From an uncultured Solirubrobacterales bacterium (GTDB taxonomy: Bacteria; Actinomycetota; Thermoleophilia; Solirubrobacterales; 70-9), in assembly GCA_963811505.1 (NCBI GenBank), contig CAWERC010000001.1, positions 62,016-126,015 of the forward strand: a DNA stretch of 64,000 nt, written 5' to 3'. A program made the position numbers and the translations under genes. The notes below the pieces were generated by a model that saw only the letters and a program-made list of their open reading frames with translations, made no database searches and was not told where the DNA came from. Every line of letters starts with the position of its first letter. Position 1 is the first letter of the stretch. Shown here piece after piece: positions 46,080-55,897 of this stretch.

Positions 46080-46447
46080 CTAGACCTGGTCTTCGGCCAG
46101 CGCCGACAGGGAGTCCGCAGCTCGCGGTCCATCGGCGCGACCGTGTCGACCGCGCAGAGCTCGAGCACCCGGCGCATCGGCGCCGCCGTCCGGGACCACC
46201 AGCCGCAGCGCCTGGCGGCGGGCGGCGAGCCGGCGGCCGAGGTCGAACAGCAGGTGGATGCCCGGAGCTGTCGAGGTAGCTGACGCGCCGAGAGGTCGAG
46301 GACGAGGGCGCTCGAGGCGCTCGGCAGGCGCTCGGAGAGCGCCAGGCGCAGCTCGGCGGCGTTCGAGCTGTCGATCTCGCCCTCGACGATGGCGACCAGG
46401 ACGTCGTCGCGCTGCTCGAACTCGAAGCCCGCGATCCGGTCCCTCAT
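46080..46447 (-). pseudogene. STAS-domain anti-sigma-factor antagonist (RsbV/SpoIIAA-like), frameshifted as sequenced
   Basis: MRDRIAGFEFEQRDDVLVAIVEGEIDSSNAAELRLALSERL...LVLDLS is in one frame, and IHLLFDLGRRLAARRQALRLVV in another. The ATGA overlaps the upstream gene. Confidence 0.6.
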
Positions 46448-47720
46448 CCGATCGCCTCCGCCGGTTCGTCTTCGCCGAGCGCCGCGGCGCATGCGGACGA
46501 TCGTGCCCGGCCGGGCCCCGGTCGATCTCGACCTCGTCCATCAGCTGCTCGATCAGCCCGAGCCCGCGGCCCTGCGAGCCCGAACGCGGCGCCCGCCAGC
46601 TGCCGAAGTCGCGCACCCGGATCTCGACCGCGCCGTCCTGGCGGCGCGCCCTCGACCACGTAGGAGGCCTCGCCCGGCGGGTAGGCGTGGGCGATCGCGT
46701 TCGCGCACGCCTCGCCGCAGGCGACCAGGGTCTCGTAGGTCTCGGCGTCGCTGGCGCCCGACGGCGCGCAGCCAGCGCCCGAGCGCCCGCCGCATCTGCG
46801 CCAGCGACTCGGGCTCGGCGCGCAGGGTCATCTCGATCCGCTCGATCGGCACCGGCTCGAGCCGGACCGCGAGCAGGGCGACGTCGTCGCGCGGCGGCGC
46901 GTCGCGAAAGCGCGCCTGCAGCAGGGCCCCGCAGAGCTCGTCCGGGTGGGCCGGGCACGCCGGCGGCGAAGCCGCGCAGCCACTCGAGGCCCTCGTCGAG
47001 CGACGCCTCGGGCCGCTCGACCAGGCCGTCGGTGTAGAGGAGGACGGTCGAGCCGGGCGACGAGCGGGATCGTCGACTCCTCATAGGAGGGAAACGGGAC
47101 CACGCCGAGCGGGCTGCCCGGCCGGGCCCTCGGCGAAGTAGGCGTCGCCCGCCGGGCCCGATCACGAGCACCGGCGGGTGGCCGGCGGTCGCCAGGCGCA
47201 GCCGGCCCTCCTCGGGATCGACGACGCCGTAGAGCAGGGTCGCCATCGGCCCGCCGGAGACCTCGCGGGCGAAGCCGTTCATGCGCTCGAGCACCAGCGA
47301 CGGGCGCAGCCCCTCGAGCGCGTAGGCGCGCAGCGCGTTCTGCAGCCGCGCCATCCGCGCCGCCGCATCGAGGCCGTGGCCGACGACGTCGCCGATCGCG
47401 ATCCCGGCGTGGCCGTCGCGCAGCGCGATCACGTCGTACCAGTCGCCGCCCACCTGGGCGTCGGCGCTGCCGGCGACGTAGCGGGCCGAGATCCCGAGCC
47501 CGGGCAGCTCGGGGAGCCGCTCGGGCAGCAGGCTGCGCTGCAGCGTCTCGGCGACCGCGGCGACGTGCTCGACCTCCTCGGCGGCCCGCCGCAGGCCCTC
47601 GAGCGTGGCGCCGATGATCGCGTCGCCGGCGGGCGGGCTCGGCTCCGACGCTCTCCCGTCGTCACCCGGCGCGCCGGATGCTCTGTCGTCCGTGATCAAG
47701 CCGCAGCCGAGTGTAGACAC
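46444..47720 (-). pseudogene. PP2C/SpoIIE-type phosphatase fused to RsbW-like HATPase (anti-sigma kinase) domain, multiply frameshifted as sequenced
   Basis: LQRSLLPERLPELPGLGISARYVAGSADAQVGGDWYDV...GDVVGHGLDAAARMARL...TVLLYTDGLVE, then IERIEMTLRAEPESLAQMRRALGRWL and VEIRVRDFGSW...GRGLGLIEQLMDEVEI, spread over three frames. Confidence 0.7.
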
Positions 47721-47839
47721 GAATGCCGACCGGGGCGAGGGCTAGCTTCGCGGCTGCAGTGGACCGCTCGTCCGCAGGCCCGAGCGCGCCCGAGCAACGC
47801 GCGCGCGCGAGCGCCTGGCCAAGGACTGGATCACTGCGG

Positions 47840-48728
47840 ATGGTCGAGCGCACGCCGCTTCCCGAGCTCGGCGATCTGCCCGCTGCGCCGGCTCGCCGCC
47901 GAGGCGCCCGCCGCTGATCGCGCGATCTCGCGGCCCTCGGCCCGAGCCGGCTCGAGCTCCCCGCCGACGGCCCGCCCGCGGCTGGCCGGCTGCGAGCTGG
48001 CGCCGGGCCGCCGGCGATCCGCGCGACCTGGCGGAGCTCCAGGCCTGTTCGTGCGAGCGATCGGCGGCAGCTCGAGCGCGCGCCGGCGACTTCGCCCGCG
48101 GTCGCGCGACTGGCCGAGTCTTCGGCTCGATCCAGGGCGCGGTCGCCTGCAGCTGGTCGCCGAGCGCAGCGCCGCCGCGGCCGACCCGGTCACCGGCCTG
48201 CCGGGCCCGGCGCAGCTCGACGCTGCCTGGCGACCCTGCTCGCCGAGCAGCGCCGCTACGGGCATCCGTTCTCGCTCGCGCTGTCGACGTCGACGGGCTG
48301 GCGCGGATCAACGACGCCTACGGGCGCGAGGCCGGCGACCGGATGCTGGCCGCGGTCGCGGCGATCCTGCGCCGCCAGCTGCGCGACGTCGACCGCGCCT
48401 TCCGGCTCGAGGACGACGAGTTCGCGATCGTCGCCCCGCACACCGACGCCGCCGGGCTGGTGCCGATGGCGCGCGCGGGTCGCGAACCTGATCGCCGAGC
48501 TCGCAGGCGCCCGACGGCCCGCGGATCGCGATCGCCGCCGGGGTCGTCGGCTGCCCGGCCGACGGCCTCAGCGCCGAGCGGCTGCTCGAGAGCGCCACCG
48601 AGGCGACCTACGCGGCGAAGGCCTCCGGCGCGGCGGTCGCCCGCAGCCCGAACGGCTCCGGCGGCCGTCTTGCAAGATCCGTAGCGGCAACGCCGCAAAC
48701 GCTTGTAGTACGCTGCAAAACCTGCTGA
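47840..48728 (+). pseudogene. GGDEF-family domain protein with degenerate active site (EDDEF), frameshifted as sequenced; 5' end uncertain
   Basis: DPVTGLPG, RYGHPFSLAL, INDAYGREAGDRMLAAVAAILRRQLRDVDRAFRLEDDEFAIVAPHT and ATYAAKASG lie in different frames. Confidence 0.5.
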
Positions 48729-48763
48729 AATCCGCGCCCGGCTTCGGCCGAGGAACTTCAGGG

Positions 48764-49591
48764 ATGAGTGGGATCAGGATCAACGCAGCTGCCGAGATGC
48801 TCGGCGTCAGCACCAGCACGCTGCGCAGCTGGGAGCGCCGCCTCGGCTACCCGCAGCCCCGGCCGCACGCCCGGCAACCACCGCCTCTACGAGCTCGACG
48901 AGGTCGAGGCGCTGCGCGAGGCGCTGCGCGAGACCCACAACATCTCGAGCGCGGTCGAGGTCGCCCGCCAGCGCGGCCGCGGCCCCGCCTCCCCCGCCCG
49001 CCTGGTCGCCGACTTCGACCGCTTCGACGAGGCCGGCGCCGATCGCGAGCTCGAGGAGAGCCTCGCGGTGCGCTCGGTCGAGCGCACCGTCTCCGAGCTC
49101 CTGCTGCCGGCGCTCGAGCTCGCCGAGCGCCGCCCCAACGGCGCCGCCGAGCTCGAGTACGCATGCCGCTGGGCGACCGGCTGGCTGCACCGCGCCCGCC
49201 GCCTGGTCGCCGGCGCGACGCGCGACGAGGGCGTCCTGCTGCTCGACTCCGGCTCGCCGCTCGGGGTCGAGTCGGTCCACGTGCAGGCGCTGGAGCTGTT
49301 CCTGCGCCGCGCCGGGTCTGCGCGTGCTGCTGCTCTCCGCCGGGCTCGCCGAGGGCCGCTTTCGCAGCGCCGCTGCGGGCGCTCGACGCCGAGCGCGGTC
49401 GTGATCTGCGGCTCCGAGGCCCGCCTCGACGTGCTCGGCGAGCCGCTGCGGGCGCTGCGCAACGGCGACGGCAGCGCGCGACCTCTACGGCTATCGCGCC
49501 GCCCGCCTGGTCGCCGGCCGCGACGGCATCCCCTCGCTCGGCGCACGAGCCCGGCGAGGCGACCGACGCGCTGCTCGCCGCGCTGTCGTAG
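48764..49591 (+). pseudogene. MerR-family HTH regulator with C-terminal Rossmann/B12-binding-like domain, frameshifted as sequenced
   Basis: MSGIRINAAAEMLGVSTSTLRSWERRLGYPQPR, then after a shift near 48860, TPGNHRLYELDEVEALREAL. Later VLLLDSGSPLGVESVHVQALELFLRRAG and RVLLLSAGL are in another frame. Confidence 0.6.
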
Positions 49592-49907
49592 CCGCCCCGG
49601 CGTAAGCAGCCGTCCGGCCAGCGGCGACCATGCACGTCGTGCGTGCGACGGTGCCAGCCGCGCGCGACCCCGAACCCGCCATACCTGCACTGGCGCCGGT
49701 AGGCACGCCGTGCAACCTCGTGCAAGTTTCGTGCCCGATTTGCGCAAGTTGCGCAAGGTCGTACAGGTTCGCCGGCCTGAACCTATGCACTCCCTTGCGC
49801 GCCTGCCGATAAGCCCGTTGCACGGGCGTGCGGATGCGGCTACCAACCCCTTCGACAGTTCAAGTTTGCGCCGATTTGCGGCGGATCTACGAGGTCGAGA
49901 AGGGATC

Positions 49908-50147
49908 ATGGAAGCAAGCCAGAGGTTCCTCAACGTCAGCGAGGCGGCCGAGTTTCTCGGCGTCAGCGCCGCCTCGCTGCGCAAGTGGTCGGACCAGGGC
50001 ATCGTGCCCGTCTACCGGACGCCGGGGGGCCAGCGCCGCTACTGCGCCCGGCGATCTGGAGGAGTTCCTCGCCTCGATGCGCCAGCCGAGCCGCCGGTCG
50101 GCGCCGTGCCCCGCTACGGCCGCAACGCCAACTCGATCACGGGCTGA
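49908..50147 (+). pseudogene. Small excisionase/BldC-like MerR-superfamily HTH protein, frame change near 50040; 3' end uncertain
   Basis: FLNVSEAAEFLGVSAASLRKWSDQGIVPVYRTPGGQRRY, then PGDLEEFLASM in the next frame. GAAGGGA RBS before ATG 49908. Confidence 0.55.
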
Positions 50148-50181
50148 GCCGGGGACACGCGCCCCCGACCACCCGCAGCCG

Positions 50182-51585
50182 ATGACCGACCGCCCCGACA
50201 CGACTCGTGATCGGCTGCCGAGCTGCCGCGCTCGCCGCCGCGATCGTCGTCGCGTTCGCTCAGCGACGGCTGGTCCGACTGGGACCTGCCGCTGCTCGCG
50301 ACCCTGACCGCGCTCTCGATCATCAGCGACCTGATCGCGATCGAGACCCGGGTCTCACCGCGTCGCCGTCTCGGCGAGCCTGATGACGATCGTGCATCGG
50401 CGCCGTGCTGCTCGGCGGCGCGCCCGGCCGCGCTGATGGGCGTGATCACGATCCTCGCCGGCTGGGTCAAGCACCGCTACGCGCGCCAGCACCTGCTGAT
50501 CAACCTGGTCACCTACGCCTGGTTCCCGCTGATCGCCGGGATTCGTCTTCCACGCGCTCGCCGACGCGACGGAGATCGCGACGGGCAGACCTCGGCTTCT
50601 ACCTGCTGATCTTCGGCGTCTTCGTCCTCGCGCTGGCGGTCGACTTCATGCTGATCGCCGGCTACTCGTGCTACGTCGAGCGCTCGAGCTTCGTCACCAA
50701 GGTCCGCCGCGGCCTGCTGCCCGTGCTGCCCTCCGAGCTCGCCGCGGCCGATGCTGGCGCTCGGCTTCGCCGCCGCCTACGTCGCAGGCGGGCACCGTCG
50801 CCGTCGCCCTGCTCAGCGTCCTGATCCTCGATCTTCCAGTACATGGTCGGCGCCCTGCTCGTCTCCCAGGACCGCGCCGACGAGCTCGAGCTGCGCGCGC
50901 GCCAGCTCGCCGGCTTCCAGGTCGCGCTGCTCTCGGCGCTGCTGCGCACGCTCGACCTGCGCGACCGGATGACCGCCCGCCACAGCGCCGCGGTCGCCCG
51001 CTACTCGCGCGAGATCGCGGCCGAGCGCCGGGCTTCTCGGCCGAGGACCAGGAGCTGGTCCACTCCGCCGGCCTCCTGCACGACATCGGCAAGTTCGTGC
51101 TCCCCGACAACATCCTCAAGTCGGGCCGGCGCAAGCTCACCGACGCCGAGTGGGAGGCGATCAAGGCCCACCCCTACGAGGGCGCGCGGATCGTCTCCCA
51201 GATCGACGGCTACCAGCCGATCGGCGAGATCATCCTCGCCCACCACGAGCGCATCGACGGCACGGGCTACCCGCGCGGGCTCAGCGACGACGAGATCCCC
51301 GAGCTGGCGAAGATCATCTCGGTCGCCGACACCTACGACGTGATGACCGCCCGCGACACCTACCGCGAGCCGGTCAGCTCCTACGAGGCGGTGGTCGAGC
51401 TGCGCCGCGTCTCCGGCAGCCAGCTCGACGGCCGCTACGTCGAGGTCTTCGTCGCGGTGCTCGACGGCAAGGACCTCGCCTACCGCCACGGCGAGGACGC
51501 CGACTTCGAGGCCGAGCTGGCGCTCGACAAGCGGATCCACGACTACGTCAAGGCGACGCCCGCGGTCACCGAGCGACTCGTCTGA
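50182..51585 (+). pseudogene. Membrane-anchored HD-GYP phosphodiesterase, multiply frameshifted as sequenced
   Basis: Intact C-terminal part LLHDIGKFVLPD...HPYEGARIV...HHERIDGTGYPRGL. The N-terminal TM helices (LLIFGVFVLALAVDFMLIAGY, VAVALLSVLIL, etc.) are scattered over all three frames. Confidence 0.75.
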
Positions 51586-51625
51586 GCGACCCGGATCCTT
51601 CGAAGCACCGGCCCTGAACGCAGAA

Positions 51626-51657
51626 ACGCCGCCTCCGGGCTCTGCCCGGGGCGGCGT
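51626..51657 (+). terminator. GC-rich hairpin downstream of the HD-GYP gene
   Basis: ACGCCGCC-TCCGGG...CCCGG-GGCGGCGT imperfect stem read from the sequence. No clear U tract. Confidence 0.4.
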
Positions 51658-51882
51658 CGCCTACGTGAAAGTTGTCTTCTTGGTCTAGCTCCCGCGGAAG
51701 CCCATCTCGGCAATCCCTTTCCTGTGGCTCTGCATCCATCAACCCTGGGTCGAGTAACCCACCTGAAACTTGAGCGCAGCTTACAAAACTGGACGGAAAT
51801 TGCAAGCTCCCGTGCACGTTTGCAACTTTTTGCAACTTTCTGTCCGGCTTGTCCGTCGGGCGCTGAAGTAACGTTCGCCCGC

Positions 51883-53195
51883 ATGGCCTCCGCGCTGCGT
51901 CCCCTGCGGCTCCCGGGTTTCCCGAACCTCGGCCTCGCCTACTTCGTCAACGAGCTCGGCAACTGGCTCGGGCGAGATCGCGCTCGCGATCCTCGTCTAC
52001 GACCAGACCGGCAGCCCGATGGCGACCGCGGCGCTGTTCTGCGGCATGCACTTCGCGCCCGCGCTGCTCGGGCCCGCCGCTGGTCGCCCGGCTCGAGCGG
52101 CTCCCGGTCCGGGTCACGCTCCCCGGCCTCTACGCGGTCGAGGGCCTCGCGTTCGCGGCTGCTCGCGCTGATCGCCGACAGCTTCGCGCTCGCCGCCGTG
52201 CTCGCGCTCGCCGACGTTCGACGGCTCGCTCGCCTCCGCCTCGCGGGCGCTGACCCGGGCGGCGGCCACGCGCCGTGCTCGCCCCCGCCGGCCAGCTGCG
52301 CGAGGGCAACGCGCTGCTCAACGTCGCCTTCACGGTCGGCGCCGCCGGCGGGCCGGCGATCGCCGGGCTGGTGGTCGCCGGCGCCGGGGTCGAGACCGCG
52401 CTGCTCGCCGACGCCGTCTCGTTCCTGGCCGTCGCGGTGCTGCTCGCGCTCGCCCGCCGGCTCGAGCTGCCGGAGGCCGAGGAGCCCGCGGCCGGCGTGG
52501 ACCGACCGCCTGCGCCGCGGACTCGCCTACGTCCGCGAGCGCCCCGCGCTGCGCCGCCTGCTCGGCGCCCAGGCGCTCGCCTTCATCTTCTTCTCGCTGG
52601 TGATCCCGATCGAGGTCGTGTTCGCGAAGGAGACGCTCGACGCCGGCGACGCCGGGCTACGGCGCGCTGCTCGCCGCGCTGGGGCGTCGGGATGGTCGCT
52701 CGGCAGCCTCGCCTTCGCGGCCCTGCGCCGGGTGCCGCTGCGCGCTGCTGCTCTTCGTCTCGACGCTCGCGATCGGGCTCGCCTACCTCGGCACCGCGAT
52801 CTCCCCGACGCTGCTCGTCGCCTGCGCCGCCTCGTGTCGTCGGCGGGCTCGGCAACGGCGTCCAGTGGATCGCCCTGGTCACCGCGGTCCAGGAGCTGAC
52901 CCGCGCCGCGCTACCAGGCGCGCGTGCTCGTCCTGCTCGAGGCGCTCGCCAGCGCGATGCCGGGGATCGGCTTCCTGCTCGGCGGCGCGATCGCCGCGAT
53001 CTTCGAGCCCCGGCTCGGCTACGCGGTCGCCGGCGCCGGCGTGCTCCTGCGTGCTCGCGTTCGCCGCGGTCGCGCTGCGGCGCGCCGACTGGTCGCCCGG
53101 AGCTCGAGCAGGGCTCCGCGCAAGACGGCTTGCAGGACGGTGCAAGTTCCGTTGCAGCAGCAGGACCCTCGCGCACGGCGCTCACCGGTCCCTAA
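51883..53195 (+). pseudogene. MFS transporter, multiply frameshifted as sequenced
   Basis: FPNLGLAYFVNELGNWLG, ILVYDQTGSPMATAALF, LLNVAFTVGAAGGPAIAGLVVAGAGVETALLADAVSFLAVAVLL, LGAQALAFIFFSLVIPIEVVFAKE and GIGFLLGGAIAAIFEPRLGY can be read only by repeated frame hopping. The 3' end is approximate. Confidence 0.62.
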
Positions 53196-53230
53196 CGGTC
53201 CGCTAGGCTCTCGCCCTCGCCGAGTTCCCT

Positions 53231-53380
53231 GCAAATCGCCGTGCAAATGCGGCGCGTGAGCGGGGAATCGGGGGACCCGAGGGTGGCGTTGCTCTTCGCC
53301 GCCAGGGGCGAATCGCGGATCAGCCCGCGTAGCGCCAGCCCATGCGGCGCGAGCCCGTCAGCTAACCCCGTAGGCGCGCG
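53231..53380 (+). promoter_or_regulatory. ydaO/yuaA-type cyclic-di-AMP riboswitch
   Basis: Collinear matches to conserved ydaO blocks as I recall them: AAUCGCC, GAGCGGGGAAUCGGGGGACCC, GGGGCGAAUC and CCCGUCAGCUAACCCCGUAGGCG. It ends 3 nt before ATG 53384 of a cell-wall-hydrolase-type gene, the classical genomic context. Confidence 0.72.
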
Positions 53381-53383
53381 CAC

Positions 53384-54416
53384 ATGGGCTTCGACCAACG
53401 CCGACAACCCCAGCCCGCTCGCGCCCGCAAGACGCTCGCTGGCGCTGCTCGCCGCCGGCGCGCTTGGCGCTCGGCGCCGGCCAGGCGCTCGCCGCGCCGT
53501 CGATCGACGAGCTCAACTCGCGGATCGCCGGCGCCAAGGACCAGGCCCAGGCGCTCGGCGCCGCAGATCGAGAGCACGACGGCCGAGCTCGCCGCCGCCC
53601 AGCAGGAGGCGATCGTCGCCGCCCAGCGCGAGGCGCAGCTGAGCGCCGTGCTCGCGGAGGGACGCGAGCGCGAGGCGCAGCTCGAGGCCGAGGTCGCCCG
53701 CGACCCGCGACGAGCTGGCCGCCGCCCGCGCGCAGCTGCAGCCGCGCGCTGAACGTGCTCTCCGACCGGCTGGTCGCGATCTACCGCGACGGGATGCCCG
53801 ACGCGACCACGCTGCTGCTCGAGGCCGACGGCTTCGACGATCTGCAGACGCGGGCCGAGTACCTGCGGCGGATCGAGGAGGCCGACGCGTCGCTCGTCGC
53901 GCGGGTGCGCACCCTGCGCAACGAGGTCTCGAGGCGGCTCGCCGCGGTCGAGGAGGCCGAGCGCCGCGCCGAGGAGTTCAACGCCGAGATCGAGGCCGCC
54001 CGCGACCAGATCGCCGCCGTGCGCGCCGAGGCCGAGGCGCGAGGCCGCAGCAGCTCGCCGCGCTGCGCGCCGAGCGCCAGGCGGCGGTCGACGAGCCTGC
54101 AGGCGCAGGTCGGCGAGTGGACCGACGAGGTCCAGCGCCTCGAGCGGATCTCCGCCCAGCAGGCGCAGAGCGAGGTCTGCGATGGTTCGGCGACTGGGCG
54201 ATCCCCGAGTCGATCGTGATGTGCGAGTCGGGCGGCAACTTCGAGGCTGTCAACCCCTCCTCGGGAGCCGGCGGCGCCTACCAGATCCTGCCCTCGACCT
54301 GGGATCTCTACGGCGGCGAGGGCGACCCGCAGGACGCCTCGCCCGCGGAGCAGTCGGAGATCGCCGCCGAGATCTGGGCCGACTCCGGCGCGGCCGCCTG
54401 GGAGTGCGCGGGCTAG
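53384..54416 (+). pseudogene. Secreted coiled-coil protein with C-terminal Rpf-like transglycosylase domain, multiply frameshifted as sequenced
   Basis: C-terminal WAIPESIVMCESGGNFEAVNPSSGAGGAYQILPSTWDLYGG...AAWECAG. Upstream coiled-coil segments (SIDELNSRIAGAKDQAQALG, QIESTTAELAAAQQEA, LSDRLVAIYRDGMPD...) lie in alternating frames. Confidence 0.72.
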
Positions 54417-54419
54417 CTG

Positions 54420-54575
54420 CTAGCCCTCGGGCGGCTCGCGCTTGGCGATCAGGTAGCCGGCGACCACGACCAGGATCGCGAAGACGCCGCCGGCGATCTT
54501 GATCTGGCGGCCGAAGCGCAGCCAGGCGAGGCGGACGACGATCCTGCCGATCAGCTCGTAGATCGCGGAAGCCAT
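54420..54575 (-). CDS. Small single-pass membrane protein (51 aa)
   Basis: MASAIYELIGRIVVRLAWLRFGRQIKIAGGVFAILVVVAGYLIAKREPPEG, 11 nt downstream of the argG stop on the same strand. Confidence 0.45.
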   Translation of the reverse strand: MASAIYELIGRIVVRLAWLRFGRQIKIAGGVFAILVVVAGYLIAKREPPEG

Positions 54576-54586
54576 CGCGCGGGACG

Positions 54587-55850
54587 TTACCCGTCCTCGC
54601 GATTGCGAATCCGGTACGCCATCCGGCTCTGGAGCGTGAACAGCTCGATGAAGCCGGGGCTCGCGTCCTGGCTGAACTCGCCGCCCGACTCGCCGAACGA
54701 GGCGAGCGCCCGGTCGTAGAGCGCGTACGGCGACGAGCGCGCGACCACCGTCGCCGAGCCCTTGTACAACTTCACCGTCGCTTCGCCCGTGACCAGGGCG
54801 TTGGCGGACTCCATGTAGGCGTCGAGGTCCTCGCGCAGGGGCTCGAGCCACAGCCCGGCGTAGCAGAGGTAGGCCCACTTCTCCTCGAGCCCGCGCTTGA
54901 AGTTGTTCTGGTGGATCGTCGAGACCAGCTTCTCGAGCTCGCGATGAGCGGGCAGGAGCACCGCCGCCGCCGGGACCTCGTAGACGTCGCGGACCTTGAG
55001 CCCGACGATCCGGTCCTCGATGTGATCGACGATCCCGGCGCCGTGGCGGGCCCCGACCTCCGCGACGCGCTCGATCAGCTCGACCAGGTCGAGCCGCTCG
55101 CCGTCGATCGAGACGGGACACCCGGCCTCGAAGCCGATCCGAACCAGCTCCGGCTCGTCGGGCGCCTGCTCCGGGCGCGTGACGAGCTGGAAGACGTCGT
55201 CGGGGGTCGGCTCTTCGAGGTCCTCGATCGCCCGCCCCTCAGAGGACCGCCCCCAGAGGTTGTCGTCGATCGAGTACGGCGCCGCCGTTTCGTTGTCGCC
55301 TTTGATCGGGATCCCGTGCTCGCGCGCGTAGGCGATCTCCTCCTCGCGCCCCATCTTCCACTCGCGCACCGGCGCCAGCACCTTCAGCTCCGGAGCCAGG
55401 GTCGGCGATCGTGCCGTCGATGCGCACCTGGTCGTTGCCCTTGCCGGTGCAGCCGTGGGCGATCGTGTCGCAGCCCGTGGCGCGCGCGTGGTCGACCGCG
55501 AGCTTCGCGATCAGCGGCCGTGCGAGCGCCGTGAACAGCGGGTAGCCGCCGCCGTAGAGCGCGTTCGCCTTGATCGCCGGCAGCACGTAGTCGCGGGCGA
55601 ACTCCTCGCGCGCGTCGGCGCGGATCGCATCGACGGCGCCGAGGTCGCGAGCCTTGCCAACCACCACGTCCCAGTCCTCACCCGGCTGGCCGAGGTCGAC
55701 GGTGAGGGTGATGATCTCGGCCCCATAACGCTCCTGGATCCAGTGCAGCATCACCGAGGTGTCGAGCCCGCCCGAGTAGAGCAGGAGGACGCGGCCGACC
55801 GCGGCGGGATCCGCTTGATAACTGGCGATGCGCGGCGCCTCGTCGCTCAT
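54587..55850 (-). pseudogene. argG: Argininosuccinate synthase, single +1 frame change at ~55399-55401 as sequenced
   Basis: LLLYSGGLDTS, AHGCTGKGNDQVR in the 55239..55850 ORF, then LAPELKVLAPVREW... in the 54587..55381 ORF. The junction reads GCC GAC CCT GG where GAC CTG would keep the frame (CC to CCC). Confidence 0.9.
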
Positions 55851-55897
55851 GAGCGGGCAAGTCTGGCATCTGCCGCCGGCTCGGGGATCATTCAGGG

